Part shown: one piece after another, positions 43,900 to 59,354 of the stretch
Numbering within the stretch: position 1 is the stretch's first letter
How the letters are laid out: every line of letters starts with the position of its first letter
Assembly (NCBI RefSeq): GCF_009914755.1
Contig: NC_060929.1
Source: the human T2T-CHM13v2.0 reference genome, Homo sapiens
Length of the DNA stretch: 64,000 nt
Direction: 5' to 3' (one strand)
The notes under the pieces: model-generated
What the model saw: only the letters and a program-made list of their open reading frames with translations
Told to the model about the DNA's origin: nothing
Database searches by the model: none
Program-made: the position numbers and the translations under genes

Positions 43900-45660
43900 G
43901 TGCATGTCCCTCCTTTTATTTAGTCAGTAATCTAATTAACTATTGTCAATAATGTAACAAGCATTTATGAACCCACTTCCCACATACAGGTGAAGGCCTG
44001 GACAATAAACCACATCTAACGACAGGGGCAGGCCTGCCTATATATACCATGTTCTCGCCCCTCTGCCCCACGAAACCACTATCTTGAATCCTGTGTGCTT
44101 CATTCTCTTCCCTGCTTCCCTTTTTATAGTTTGGTTTTATCTATATGTATTTCTAAGTATTACAAATTTTAAAATTTTGTTTTTAACATAAAAATAATAT
44201 CCTACATTATCATCTTTTTGGATTTACTTTTTTACCTCGTGCTGCTATGATCATTCATACTGATTTGTGGGTCACTATTTTTAACATAGCACTGTGACTA
44301 TTACCACATTTTATCATCTACTTTCTTGTTGCATTGGCATCTGGGTTGTTCCCAGGATTCTGGTGAGGTGAACTGTTCTACGAACATTCTTCTACATGTC
44401 TCCTACTGTACACATGCAAGAGTCTTTGAATATATACCTATGAGGAGATCATGCCAAACTCTCTTCCAAAGTGACTACACCACTTTACACTCTCATCAGT
44501 ACCATGGGATATCCTGTGGAGCTGCAACTTCCCCCATCATAGGTATTGGCAGATTTTTTCCCTCCCCTTTCTATCTCCTTCCTTTTGATTGCATGTAAAA
44601 CAGTATCTCACTGTAGCCTTCACATTTCCCTTATCATGAATGATGCTGAACTTCTCTTCATGTTTGCATTTTTCTCTTTTCCTAAATGCCTCATCAAGTT
44701 TTTTGTCCCTTTCTCTTACTGATGTGTAGGAGCGATTCTTGATCAGGAGTGCATACTAGAAATATTTTCTTCCAGTTTGTAATGACCATTTCTAACTTAA
44801 AAACTGCCATTAATTCTAATATCAATCATTAAATGTATTAATCTTTTCTTTCATAGTCATAGTCAATCTCAGTCTTCCACAGTCAGTTCTGTCAGTTTAA
44901 GAAATCTTTTCCTACTCAAAAATATACTAATCTCAGTGGAATTTTAACCTTCTGTTTTTGACATTTAAGTCCCTAACATACTGGAGTTATTTTGTTTATA
45001 ATGCAAGATAGGAATCCAGTGTTTTTCTAGCTTCATTATAGAGTAGCACCTGTCTCCACTCATCTGGCATGCCACTTCTGTCATATACCAGAGTTCCACC
45101 CATATGTGGGTCAGTCTGTGGTCTCTATTCCACTGGTCTACCTTAAGCCAACATTACAAATGCCTCGCAATATCTCCTGCCATGAGTGAAATACTTTAAA
45201 AATTGTCTGGTTTATTTCAATATTGGGATTACGATGGCTTCACAGAGTGGACTTGGGGGGTATTCCTCTTATAGTTTGAAAGTATTTGTTTTAAATAATC
45301 TGCCAAGTGTGGTGGTGTGCACATGTGTCCCAGCTCCACAGAAGGCTGAGGCAGGAGGACTGCTTGAGCCCAGGAGTTCGAGTCCAGCCTGGGCAACATA
45401 GCGAGATTCCATCTCTAAAAATAAATAAATAAATAAATAAATAAAATAGGGATAACTGTTCTTTGGAATTTGGTAGAACTTGCCTGTAATATCATCTGGC
45501 TCAAGAAGTTTGCCAACTGCTTTAATTTCTTTAACTGTTATAGAACTATTCAACTTTTTAGTTCTTGAGTCAGTTGTGGTAAGTGGAATTTTTCTCTTAA
45601 CTTTATTTCATTTGTTTTAAAACATACTGGCATGTAGCTGATGGTTAGTCTCTTATTACT
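43900..45660 (-). mobile_element. Degraded old L1M fragments in an RNF145 intron
   Basis: Antisense L1 ORF2-like text; ORF 45269..45553 begins MNSSITVKEIK...[10 protein letters not shown]. Confidence 0.6.
45300..45446 (+). mobile_element. Alu monomer (FLAM-like)
   Basis: Single 7SL-derived arm with (AAAT)n tail. Confidence 0.8.
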
Positions 45661-47330
45661 GTAGGCAATGGTGGGAGGGAAGAACAGAATAGAATAGTTC
45701 ATGTCTATTTTTCCTCCCACAGCCAAGAGGGCAGCCTCTCCCGCCTCAGGTTAATGCAGCCGCAGCCACAAGGAATAACACAGACACCAATTCAAAGTAC
45801 CCCGGCCCACATACAACACTTCTCAGTTTGCTCCTTTTTCTCTAAATCTCCTCTGCATCTAATTTTGGAGAAAGCCAGTAGTGAGGATAGTTCAGTATCC
45901 TGGGAAGACCCACAACTGCCATCCACTGATTCTTATACTAGTGGAACAACATATTTTTTCTCTTTTCTAAATATTAGTTTTATCAATATATACTAAATTA
46001 ATTAGTGTAATTAATAACAGATGACATTGACAGAGATGACAAAATACTAATTGTACTTAGGTCAAAGAAATCTACTTTTCAGATCTACTAAGTGGCTATT
46101 TAATTGCGCTCACCCTTGAGTTCAACATTTTAAATGCTTCAGTCAAGAAACCTTAAACCTCACAAACAAATGTGAAATAACTACCATCAACTATGATGAT
46201 TAAGAAGATCTGAAACATGTCTAATAGTTTGAGCTTATTTAAATTGATTTTTCAGCCATCCTACCACTTGAGAAAATTATATAGAATGTTTGGCAATGTG
46301 TGTTATGGGGATACAAAGATGAATCTGATGTACTATAATTAAAATGTTAATTTGGAATGTTTTAGAAATCAGCTGATACAATTCTACCTCCCAAGAGATT
46401 AGCTGTTCCCTTACTATAAAAGGCTACCGAAGAAGCAATAAATTCAGATGTATTTCTATAATCAATAATCAGAATGCAGATAGAGAACTAGAAAAAAAAC
46501 AGTGACATCGAATTTTAAGAAATTCCTTACAGAATTTCCTTGTATCAACTACAATAAAAAGACTGTATCTTTAAGGAACTAAATAATAGTTTGGCTTTTA
46601 TCCCTCACAAAAATTTCTGGATACCTCAATTATCCTGATTTAATCATTATACAATGTATACAGCTCTCAAAATATCACACGAACCTCAAAAATATATACT
46701 ACTACTATGTATCAATAAAATATAGAGAGTTTAAAATTTTACTGTAATGCAAGATGTACATGAATCCAACTATTAATTTCATTTGGTCCTATAAGTTGTC
46801 AAGAATCCTTATAATCCAGTCAGTTGAAATTGTCTAAAACTCCATCAAATGAGGCTGTTTTTCCATAAATGTCTATTTTATGATTACCTGATAGCCTCTA
46901 TTTTCCTCTCCTTCATTTGCATTTCACTTAATGCTTTCTCTCCTTTAATTAATTTACACAGAATAAAATTAAATATTATTTGTTACATTTATTATGCTAG
47001 ACTAAATTTTATGCTCTATGTTCTTAATTTTAAAATTGGACAAATATAAAAAGTATTAACTTCATCTGAAGCAGAAAAAGTTAACTTATAATTACATGGC
47101 CTTTGATGTCATTTTTAACTAAAAAATCTTGAGAGAAAAAAACAAAAGTCAAGTAAGTCAGACATCTCATATAGGAAAAATAAAAACATAAACTTGTTGA
47201 ATTAACCTAAGCTAATACCAATTACCCATATCCATTTTCTGTCTCTAAATATTCCCTAAATATTTAGACAACAAATGCATGTAAAGAATATTACATGAGT
47301 TAATTTAAAGAATATTAAGAGGTTTCTTAC

Positions 47331-47513
47331 TTGTCTCTAGATGCTCCCAGTGCCAAAACAATAGGATCTGCAATTTCTAACATAGACTGTAGGATAGAAG
47401 CTACGACAATGAAAAGGATAATACTGAGCAAGAATGCCCGATGAACAACCTGCAGTTCTATCAGCCCAGTCTGCACTGCCAGGATTAACAGCGTTACTCC
47501 TTCTGTCATGCCC
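47331..47513 (-). CDS. RNF145: RNF145 coding exon (183 nt)
   Basis: TTTTTTAG acceptor, GTAAGA donor; encodes GMTEGVTLLILAVQTGL...ALGASRDK. Confidence 0.95.
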
Positions 47514-48136
47514 CTAAAAAAAGCATACATTTTCAGAAAACATAAAATAATCTGAATCTCATTTAATTCAAAGAGAAAAATAATCCAAAGGCTTAGACTC
47601 TTGTTACATATTTTTAAATCTATTCTGACTTAATCCAGACTAAAAACCTGATCAGTATATTAACTTTGTAACATTAATGAAATAGTCATATATATCACTA
47701 CATGTGCAAAGGCATAATAGCTATTACTTTACCACACAATGAGGGCAAAAATAATAACTTCTAAGACAAATAGAAGTTTTCCAACCAGATTCTGTAAATG
47801 AGCCAGATATTAACATCAAATACTGTATAGAAATCAGATTTTAACAGGGCTAAACTTCAAATGGGAAAAAGCACGCTTCTGAAAATCTCTTAAAGAAATC
47901 TAGGGAAGGAAGGTGCCCAATATTCATCATAATGTATTAATACATACAATACAAATACATCTTTAACATGGAAATGTATTTTTTCATAGTATTTTAACCC
48001 AAATGTTGCAACCATTCAAAAAAAACCTCTCCAATTCCATTTCTTCTAAAATTCATCAGCCAAAGAAATTCATCATTACTTCCTCAAGTTATCTATAGTA
48101 TTTACATTTCTAGATATAATCAAGGAAAGAACTTAC

Positions 48137-48277
48137 CGATTCATGGCAGGATCATTCATGAAAGCTCGATAACCCTGCAAGTAAAACTTGCAGAGTGTGA
48201 GAACACCCAAGGCAACAAAAGAAACCGTGAAGACCAAACCCAAAAGAGAGTAAGGAGTGCTGCAGCATTCCGCAATA
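48137..48277 (-). CDS. RNF145: RNF145 coding exon (141 nt)
   Basis: TTTTTCCAG acceptor, GTAAGT donor; encodes IAECCSTPYSLLGLVFTVSF...DPAMNR. Confidence 0.95.
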
Positions 48278-49063
48278 CTGGAAAAAAAGAGGGGGAAATT
48301 AACAGACATAAACTTTCCATTTGGAGTAAACACATTTGAGGCCTTTAAATAATCACCAAGCTTGATTTGATACTCATTAATTAAAACATCCTAAACCAAA
48401 ATTTGAGGAGAAATCACCCAATTACTCCATTAATAATTTAACCATCTTATTCACCTTCAAACCCACATTTTTCTATCTCATTGGCAAATATGCAGTACAT
48501 AGCACCAGATCTGAAACAAGGTCTTCAAATACAGTAAAATTCAAAGAGCCTAAATGTTCACATCTTAAGAAATATATAATTAGCATGCTGACAAGTATTC
48601 AAAAGAAGCTTGTACAGTTGCCCACTCTTCTTCCTGAAAAATGATGGCTGTTCAAATTGTTCACTGTGCTACATTATAATATGAATACTTGCTGCAACTC
48701 CTTATTTGACCAAACTGCTATGGAGCAGGGTGTATCACTCCTCCTACTCCATCAGTATCTTACATACTACTGCTATTTTTAAATTTAGGTTGAGACAAAG
48801 GCATTTTTTAAAAAAGGGTTACTTCAAAAGCATGCCCAATAATTTGCTCCAAGACTATTGAAAAGTAATTTTAATATTAATTTTTAACAAAAGTTTGCTA
48901 TGATACTATTCATAAGGATAACTGGAAGACATTACACTAGAACTTGGAAATATTTTCATTGAACTTCTTAGATATTAACTTATATGTATTTTATAAATAC
49001 ATGTACTATTATGTACTGAGATAGATTTAGCATTTACACAATATCTATCTTATATATACGTAT

Positions 49064-49348
49064 ATTTATTTGAGACAGGGTCTTGCTCTGTTGCTAGGCT
49101 GAAGAGCACTGGTACAATCATAACTCACTGCAGCCTTGAACTTCAGGGCAAAAGCAATCCTCTCACTTCAGCCTCCCAAGTAGCTAAGACCGTAAGAGCG
49201 TGCCACTGCGCCTGGCTAATTTATTCTTTATACAGACAAGGTCTTGCTATGTTGCCCAAACTGGGCTAAAACTTTCTGCCTCAAGCGATCCTCCCACCTC
49301 GGCCTCCCAACGTATTGGGATTACAGGCTTGAGCTAATGCTCCCAGCC
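49064..49348 (-). mobile_element. AluJ
   Basis: Diverged antisense AluJ. Confidence 0.85.
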
Positions 49349-50656
49349 CTTATATAGTATCTACATCTTAAGCTTTAATTTTCAAAGAAGAATTTCACTG
49401 ATATAGATGAGGAATTCATTCAGGCAATCAATGCTTGTCCCTTACTATGCAGCTCCATGCTTCTATATAGTTATCTTTCCTACACAATTGCTTATTAGTT
49501 GGTTTTTATGTGAAAGCATCTAATTTTACATGGTACCAATGTACACTATGATGAGAAAAAAAGTCTGGTTTTCTGTTAGGAGCCAAAATATCCACCAATC
49601 ATGGTGGCTAATAACTAGAAAAAAATAATTAATTTTATGACATTCCTACAAATTTAATTTCTGAAATGTTTGGCATTTTCACACTGAAATCATTAGTAAC
49701 AATTTTAAACAAATTGTGTACAATTTTACAACATGAGAATCATGGCTGAAAACCAACTAAAATTTTACTTCATTCTTATTGAAAAAGGCTGAAAATTTAA
49801 CCAAAGGTCCATACTATTTCTCTATTTTTACGGACCTTTCTCCATATTTAGAAACATTTTTTACACCCACACAATATGATTTAATTACGTATTCAAACAG
49901 AGCACTTTCCTTTTCTCTTATTTTAGAAAAAAAAATGTGGTGCTATTTTTCAAAACAGAGCATACTAAATACCAAAGATTTCGACCTAGCTTTGGGGAAG
50001 TGAAAGAGTTTGGAAAATTTATAAAGTTTTTCTTTGCTCTCTCTTCATTCAGTAACTCATTTTTATTAAATCTTAATTTCTATTTTCTGGCTGCAAAAAA
50101 AACCTTTTTTTTGATTTGCAGTTTGATCTGGTGTGCTTTATTGTTGGTTGGTGTGTTTGTTTAGTCAGGGTATTCTGGTAAGCTCCCAATCTCTTTTTCT
50201 AAATAAGTTGTTTTTTTGGCAAAGAAACATAAACATTACCAGGCACACAAAAGCATGGATAAGAACAGAGAATAACTCTTACAGAGATATAAATTAACAA
50301 AAGAACCAATATGAGAACTTCTCAAAGCAAATTACAACATTCTTATCATGAAAAAAGGCAATCTATCCTGGCGAGGCATAGAAAAAGAAAAGAAAAAAAT
50401 TATGTTAGCAAGATATCTAAACTTCACAGAATATCCGAATATTATTTTCTTACTTTGTAAATAAGTCCAAATGCATTCATGGCTTAGTAAATTGTTAAGC
50501 CTACTGCACTATGCTATACCTCATCTTACTGTGCTTTGCAGCGGGTAACAATCTGGTTTAAAGCACCACCAATTCAGTCTCACGCTGAGTTTATTATCCT
50601 AACCACAGAACTGTCTCTCTTTCTCTCTATATGCAGTTACTTTTTGGGTCATTTTA

Positions 50657-50973
<317 letters not shown>

Positions 50974-51606
50974 TTATATCAAAAACAAATAGCAGTCAAA
51001 TTTACTTAATACTAGATTAATCGTTAAAATGTATTTGAATTTGACATCAACTTACTGCATGTTTATAGAAGCTACTTATAATTGTTATTCATTTTTAGAA
51101 AGTTCAAAATCTGATTCAGTACCAGTATAAGTTTATCCCACTTATTTCTTAAAACAGGTTTTTGTCCTGTATATTTTTAATATTTACATTTGTGTTAATG
51201 CTTTCCTAGTAACATGCTCCTTAAGGATAGTAAACTTGTCTTAAATTTCTCATAGCCTACACCACTTAGTACACAGTCTTCCATCATATTGGATGGCTGA
51301 GAAACAATGACTATTAACTAGAACTTAAAACTGTTATCTACCTATATTTACTTTATAGGAGGACAGATTTTCATCCCTACTTTTTAAAGTGACAATGAGC
51401 AAGGGAACCAAGATGTATATTCATGTACTAGATTCTGAGAATGTGAGATTCAAACTCAAGAGTGGAAAAAATAACAAATGTGGATCTAGCAGAAGCTCAC
51501 AATAAAATGGGAAAATGACTTAAATGACATGAGATTTAAAAAGACAAAACAAAACAAAAACCCCTAAATATTAAAAACCGAGTCTTAGAATTATTTTGGG
51601 TTAGTC

Positions 51607-51814
51607 CAAGCTTGACTAACCTGCAGCCCAGGACAGCTTTGAATGCAGCCCAACAAAAATTTGTAAACTTTCTTACAACACTATGAGATTTTTTTTTTGC
51701 AAGTTTTTTTTTAAAGCTCATCAGCTATCGTTAGTGCTAGTGTATTTTATGTATAGCCCAAGACAATTCTTCTTCCAATGTGGCCCAGGAAAGCCAAAAG
51801 ATTGAACACCCCTG
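51607..51814 (-). mobile_element. MER30 (hAT-Charlie)
   Basis: Reverse-complement homolog of 4826-5047; 8-bp TSD ggttagtc/ggttagac. Confidence 0.85.
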
Positions 51815-52440
51815 GGTTAGACAGTAAAGTACTATTATCTACCCATTTCACCAATTACCGGACTCTTTCTCGATACTGAAGTCAACAGGGACAAAGGCAA
51901 AGTATACAGAGTAAGTCACAGGCTTCGAACTCAGGTGGGTCTGAGTGCCAGTTCTGCTTCTTTTGGCAGTGTTACCTGGGGCAAGTTATTCCTGGTACAG
52001 TTTCTTCAGCTATAAAATGGTAATTATAATAAAGGCACCTATCTCTTAGGGTCGTTGTAAAGATTAATGTGAGGCAAAGTGTTTAATGGTATGGTACATT
52101 TTAAATACTCAATAAATGTTATTTTTATAATATACTTTTTTCTGATTGACCCAATAATTTTAACTTGAAATTGAAAAAATACTTTTACGATTTGCTATGT
52201 ACCTTTCCACAAATCATTTGCTACACTCTGGTCCATAGTGCAGCCAAATAAACCACATTATTATGTTAGCACCTCCCTGCATTGCCAAACCTAGGTATCC
52301 AGTGAATGAAAATCCTATCTTAACAAAATACGAAGTTGTGTAACATGAACGATAAAAGTAATCTGCAAAACTTACTATTCCTAGATCAAAGTTTTCTCTT
52401 TCTAAGGTTATATATAGTATCATAGGCTCTTATTAATTAC

Positions 52441-52616
52441 CTTGTCAGAAAAAGGAAAAGAAGCCTCTCACGTGATGCAGGCTGATCTCGAGTACTGAAA
52501 TAGGAGTAAATCTGAAGAGCAAATAAGACGAGCCAGAAAACCATGAAAAGAACAGGGACTACCAGTTGATTCCACAGGGACATTCCCAAGGCGAGAAGGC
52601 CATATACCTCCACTAC
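52441..52616 (-). CDS. RNF145: RNF145 coding exon (176 nt)
   Basis: AG at 52618-52617, GTAATT donor at 52440; reads VVEVYGLLALGMSLWNQLVVPVLFMVFWLVLFALQIYSYF...; phase 0 to 2 fits both neighbours. Confidence 0.95.
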
Positions 52617-55089
52617 CTAAATAAAAACGTAAGATAGGAAAACTTCTTGCATCACCATCAATAAACACTTTAAACACTTGAGTCAAATCAGAAGTAAAAT
52701 ATTAAATAGCTTTTCTTTGATTGCAAGACTGTTTCAGCTAAATTCCTTTAAAGTTAGCCTATATAGTTAATAAATAGCATGTTTTTTAAAACTTACTAAT
52801 TTTGCATTATTATTAACACTTGACACACACTTATCTAATAGCACAGTAAACTGCCCTAATAGTTCAGGGATAAGGTCAAAATAAGGTCATATTCAGTACA
52901 AAATAACCTTAAAAGGTAGTTTGAGGAGACTTGGTAAACACTCATGTCTAATCAAAATAATCAGGACTAGCATGAATTGATACAACACTGCTTGAGGCAC
53001 TAGGAAAAAAAATGCAAAAGTAAAAACTTTCAGGGTTTATTCAGAAATGTCACAAATGAGAAACAGTTCAATGGAAGAAGAGTACTTAATCACTGGAAAA
53101 AAATTTTGCAGAGCAAAGATAGTTAGCAAGTCTTTTTCTCCCATACACATCAATTCCCCTTCCTCCTACTGTGTTTTTATCAAGCTATGTTTTTCCATTT
53201 GGTTTGCCAAGTGTAAGTAACACTAGGAAAAGGATATATCTTAAAAAAAAAAAAGGCTTAATAATCTGCAACTCACTAAATTAGTTTTCCAGTTTATAAA
53301 ACACTCTTCTTATGAAACTGATTAGGAAAAATCAATCACAGAATCTGATTCAATCTAAGAGCATAGGTGTAACCAAGTTTCTAGAGTTACTATGTCAGGG
53401 ACCAGACCCTGGTGACACAGCAGGAATTCTGCTGGACAGCTTACAAAACCAGTATCTAGCAGTCAGCTGGTCTTGCTGGAATCTCTCAATGTGATACCAG
53501 AATGTTTCAATAAGGTATAAACATCTTTAAGTATTAAGTTAAAATAAATTGACTTGCAGATTATTCTAAATTTAAAATTCTTTCATCAGTAAAGCAAAGG
53601 CTTTTTCTACAACCCAGTCTATTAACTTCTATTTTCCCCAGTGACAAAAGATTAAAAGAAAAAGGAAACTGCCCAACTAGCTGCAAAATTATTATCAGGT
53701 AAACTCATCATTACGAGGCAGAGAATATTTTTCTTCCTTTCCATTCAAGAAACAGACCACTAAAAAAACCTGTCTGTTTCCATTTCTTGCTTATCTGATT
53801 CTTTCCTGGTCACGCATTTTATAACCTATATTTCCAACAACTACATCTAGTTGATGTATGAATCTTATGGCAACCAACTAAACATGACATTAAAAAATGA
53901 AGGCTGAGGTTATTCAATAAATATTTAATATTCAATAAGTATTTACTGAATATTCATTATTTATTACAAACAAAGATAACCCTCATAAGACTGAATTCAA
54001 AGAAAAAATATGTATCTTAAATTTGTCATTATTACCCTGAATACAACTATAACCCTTCCTGCCCTGCTTCCCCATGAAGCCACTCTTCACTGACTGTAGA
54101 AATAATCCCTTTTCTGGAAGATCTACTCCTGGGAAAACTGCCCAAGTTAATCACTGTGTAAGACGAAGATAGAATCAGGCTAAGGCCAAAAGCTTAGAGA
54201 AAGTATTCTCAAAGATCTGCCCCTGGGGCCACAAGAGAATACTTCACTTAGCTGTTATCAGTTTGTTCTATCTGAGAGCTTCCTGTACCTTAAGGACACA
54301 GTCAAGAGGTGGAAGACAGTGACATTTTAACACTCTCTTTTTATACCAATGTCAGGTTAAAATCTATTTTATATATTACAAACTATCAATTAAACCAAAC
54401 AGAAACATTTATTTCCCAAATGTGTATTGTTTGTATCTGGGAGTAATTTATCTTAGAGCAAAGGCTGAAAAAAGTAGGGAAGAAACTTTTACAAAAAGCA
54501 TGTTATGTTGGCAAAGTCAATTCAAGTACTATATCTAAATGAAATCTATCATATTATAACCCAGAACTATTTAACTTTTCTGTTTAAATTAGGCACACAA
54601 AGGGAAGAAACTATAGTCACAGTAGGACTATAATCAGAAGGAAAAAGCAGGATTTGACTTATAGGTATTCAATTCTTTATTATTTTTGTCTTCATTACAA
54701 TAGCTAACACATATGGAACATTGTCTGCCTGGTACTAAACTCATTTAAATCTCACAGAACTCTATGAGGAAAGCACAGCTTTCATTATTAGCTCCGTTTT
54801 ACAGAAAGTAACGCAATTATCACAAGGTTACACAGCTAGTGAACAGCAGCATCAGGGTTCGATCTCAGATAAATCTGCTTTAAGAGAACCACTTCACTTT
54901 ACTGCCTTCTCAATAGAACATAATCAAGAATCTTTCAGATGCTCCTAATTGGGCTGAAAATAGCAGCTGTTTTGAAACTGCAAAAATGAATGGTACCATA
55001 ACTGTGAAATAAAAATGAACCATAACTTTAATGTACTTAACATTTATGTAGAATTTTATCTACCTGTTTGTGGTTGTCAGCAGTCTTAC

Positions 55090-55325
55090 CTGAACCAATT
55101 CTCTGTATGCAGATTTAGCAAGGTTATAAGGTACCAAAAGATTAGACCCAAGAAAATAGAGAACTTCCAATCCAGTAAAAATCATAGCAAATTTATTGAT
55201 GATAACAATTGTCTCCAAAGGAACAAGGCAGAGTCGTGCTAGCAGAGGAAGCATGTGAGCTGAAAACAGCCAAATCTGCTTTGTTTTCATGACACAGGAG
55301 CATAAAGTACACACCACCAACTGAC
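55090..55325 (-). CDS. RNF145: RNF145 coding exon (236 nt)
   Basis: Pyrimidine tract + AG, CAG|GTAAGA donor; encodes GQLVVCTLCSC...AYRELVQ (inside ORF 55060..55386); transmembrane segments. Confidence 0.95.
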
Positions 55326-57065
55326 CTAAAATAGGGAATAGAATACATTTAATTTTGAGTATTTGGCATCCACAAAATAAAAACAAACAAAAAACACTGT
55401 TGATAAGGATAATAACACAACTTTTGAAGAAGTCTAACTAAAATCTCGTAGATAATATTTTAAATCAAACTTAAACTTCATCTGACTATAATTACATATT
55501 CACATGTTCTGTGAATTTTGAATACTAATTCTGTAGGGCTGATCTGGAAAGAGCAGCATAAATCTCCACTGGTCGTCTGTGATGCCATGTGTAATATGAA
55601 GAAAACTTTAAACAATGTCTAATTCAGTATTGTGACAATTCAGTTGCTAATGTTTATACATAACTTCTTTTCCAAAGGTACGCAATATTTAACTGTTCTG
55701 GTCTATAGGTGAAAGCATAAAATCCAAGAGATATAATTACTTGTTCAAGATCATACTGCAACAATATTTGTTCTGATAATTTTTTAATCTTTATTTTTGG
55801 AGGGCCAAGTAAACTGCCCCAAATAACTAAATCATAAGTTAAAACTAAAAACTAAATAAATTCTTCTCACTGGGGATTACGCATGATCATTACATTAAAC
55901 ACAGAAATACAAAGAACAAAATGGGAAACTCTCAGTCTCTTATAATCCCACAACCCAAAGGTAGTCCTAAGAACACCCTGGGGTACACTGAATGTATGTG
56001 ACATGATATTTGCATTTAGCCCTTTCCAAATATTCCATAATTATAAAATGCTTTGTATGAATAAGCTTTTACATTATGACATCCTTGTATAAACTACTTG
56101 GAACACATTTCCTAATATTCTCTTAGGCTAGGAATTACTGAATCAGAAAAAAACATTTTTAAAGACTTTGACACACTGTCAAGACTGCCCTCCAGCAACA
56201 ATTTACCAGTGTATAATGTGGCTATTTTTCTATTAACTTGCCATAGTGAGTATAATTTAGAGATGGGAAGAACAGGGAATATTTCCCAAATTTTTTAAAT
56301 TGGCATTTTGTTGGTTACTAACAGCACTGAACATTATCAATAAGTATATGAAAACATTTGCAATTATTTGGTGAAATGTTCACATTCTTTGCCCATTTTT
56401 CTGCTAGAATACATATCCTACTGCCTGATCGAAATAGTAATCCTTAGTCACATGATTGCATTTTTCTAATATGTCCCTTGTCTTAATATTTTAAATAACT
56501 TTATTCTCTTATAAAAGTATGTATTGAAAATAGTCAAACCATTTTTTTTCTTAATAGTACCCACCTTTAGTGCCATGGCTTATTACATGGCTACCCCACT
56601 CAAGATTATACAAATAGCTGTATTTTCTTTTAGTAATTTTTAGCTAATTTTTAATTTTAACTTAAAAATTAATACATTTGATTTATTGTGGAATAAGAAA
56701 ATAAAGATCGAAGTTTGTTTTTTGTACATGTTTAGCTGGTTATCTCAAAACTGGCTACTGGAATCATCCATTCCTTTCTCATTAATTTGAAATGCCACTG
56801 TAGTAAACTCCAAAATCTTTTACATATTTAGGTCTATATAAGAACTTGTTACTTTTTGTTTTCAGTGATCTATTCTAATGATGGTACCACCCTGCTCCAT
56901 CATACTGATTGGACAAGTCCTCTCTCATTGCTCCTTTCAGAATTTCTTGGAGATTACTGAATGTTATTTTCCAGATTAATTTAGAATAATTAATCATATT
57001 CTCTCACTTCTTGTCAATGAAAACCAAAATGAAAATTTGGGACTTGTTTGTATTCTATCCATATA

Positions 57066-57283
57066 CATGTTGAATATTCCTAATCCAAAAATCTAAAATC
57101 CAAAATGCCCTAAAATCTAACATTATGCTCCAAGAAAATGCTTATTGGAGTATTTTGGATTTCAGATTTTGGGATTAAGGATTTCCAAACAGTAATATAA
57201 TGCAGATATTCCAAAATGTAAAAAAATCAGAAATCCAAAACACTTCTGGTGCCAAGCATTTTGAATAAGGAAAATTCAATTTG
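57066..57283. mobile_element. Tigger4a-like MITE
   Basis: Degenerate TIRs and palindromic aaatccaaaatgc/tattttggattt internal motifs. Confidence 0.75.
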
Positions 57284-59034
57284 TGTTAGAAAAATACAAA
57301 AATGTCAACCATTTTTACATAAGACCAAACACTTACAACAATCTACTATGTCATAAACACATACGGTATTTTATCTCACAAAGCATTAATTTTGGCCTTT
57401 AAAAAACTGATACTAAAGTAATGTGAAAAATAATCATAAAGGCATAAAGAAAAGAAAAACTCCTAATTATATAGAAAACAAGAGGCCACCAAATGATCTG
57501 GCTTTCACTGTGTTTATAGCTATGAAATTTAAATGTCCTTGTTGAGCACAATGTAAACTTCCTCTAAGCTCTGAAAATTCCCTTAAGTCTATGCCAGCAC
57601 ATGTGGTGCTCAGTGCTGGGGTTACAGGCTCCCTTTATCTTCTTTCATAGAAGAATATGACTCATATGGCGTATTTAAGAGAAGACTACTCCTGCTGACG
57701 TAAAAGAAGGAAGGAGTCATATTGTTAGTGGAATTTCCCCTGAAGTTCCAAAAGAATAAGTTGTTTGTCTTCTGATTTGCCTATTTCAACTTTTAACTCT
57801 GCATAAACCAAAATCCCAATGTACTCTTTAGATTTCAGGATTCCACTATTAGAAATATCTCCAAGAGGTTGGCAACCCTAAGAAATCATGGCATATTAAA
57901 ATTACCTAGTTTTTCAAAAAAGTTTGTTACTGAAATGAAGAAAAACACCAGAAAATTATTTTAAAATCTAAGTTGGAAGAAAACATGCTCCTTAATAGTT
58001 TATGGACTTTGGAAAGTTGAATCTTAGTTAAGTAAACAGAAGACCATGGCCACTGATAAGAAGAGTTTTAAGAAATATGCTTCATATTTATAATACAAGT
58101 ATATGCATCATAAACTAAAACTTTACAAGCTTTCTAACTTGGCAAATATCTTCATTATTGAATGTTACCGTTAATAAATATGCCAACTCATAACGATAGT
58201 CATAAAGCAACATTATTTTTGTCCTCTGCTGTCTTTTAAAATCCACTCTGTAGAGATTAGTGGTTTTCCTGCCCCTAGATAAAATCCAAGGCAAGTCCCA
58301 TAACTTTTCTACTCTAGCTTAGGTTACTGTCTCAATTTAATAATAACTGAAACTTTCAAACAGATTTAAAGTTGAGACTTATCCCTTACTCTAGAGTTCA
58401 GGCATTCTAGGGAAAGCATTAATTTTTACCTTTATGCTTTAAGATAGAAAACCTGCAAGTGGGAGAGAAGGTGGGGAGGTTGTGGCTGGCTTCTTTCTCT
58501 TTTTTGACCTAGCACTTCTCCCTCTCTCTCTGACTTACCAAGGATTGAAGTGGGTAGGGAAGAAGGAGAGGGAGGGAAGTAGGCAGGTTCCTACTTAACT
58601 GGACTCTTACAATGATGTGGTTGTTACTGGTGCTTCCTAGACTTGAGGTATCTAAAACTGATTTATTTTCCCCTGGACCCTTTTATGGGTTCTTCTGAAA
58701 CCGTTCCTATCACTGTGGCTCTCTCACCTGCAGCAGTACCCTTGGTGCTTGGTATACACCCTCAACTGGCCATTTTTGGCTCTTTTCTCAGCTCCTGGGA
58801 ATCTGGAAGGTCAATCCCTGTTGAGGTCTTCTCATCCATCTAAAAGGCCTTCTTGAACAGGACCCAAGAAAATCCTACACAGACTTTCGGGGCCACTGTC
58901 TAGTTCACAAGAAACTTACATCCTTTGCTCTACAATTTCCTGTATCAGAAGATACAGGAAAACCCTATAAGGCATTTTCATTCCACAGTCAAAACACTCA
59001 ACAAGCAACTAGTCTATTGCTAGTCCTTTATATC

Positions 59035-59335
59035 AGATTAGAATTATAATGTAAGCCAAATATAATTTTAAATTTTCTATTAGTGTCATTTCAAAAAGTA
59101 AAAAGAAACAAGTGAAATCAACAATATATTTTATATAACCTAACATATCCTAAACATCATCATATAGACATTCAATCTATATTAAAAGTTAACAAGATGT
59201 ATTAAAAGTTAACCTGGTTTGTACCAAGTCTTCAAAATTGAGTATGTGCTTTACACATACAGCACACCTTAATCTCAATTCACCACACTGCAAGTGCTAA
59301 CCAGCCACATGTGGCTAGTTTTGGACAATGTAGTT
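59035..59335. mobile_element. MER33-like hAT element
   Basis: agccacatgtggctag...ttggaca terminus; left boundary approximate. Confidence 0.6.
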
Positions 59336-59354
59336 TTAGATTTTGCAGGCTGAA

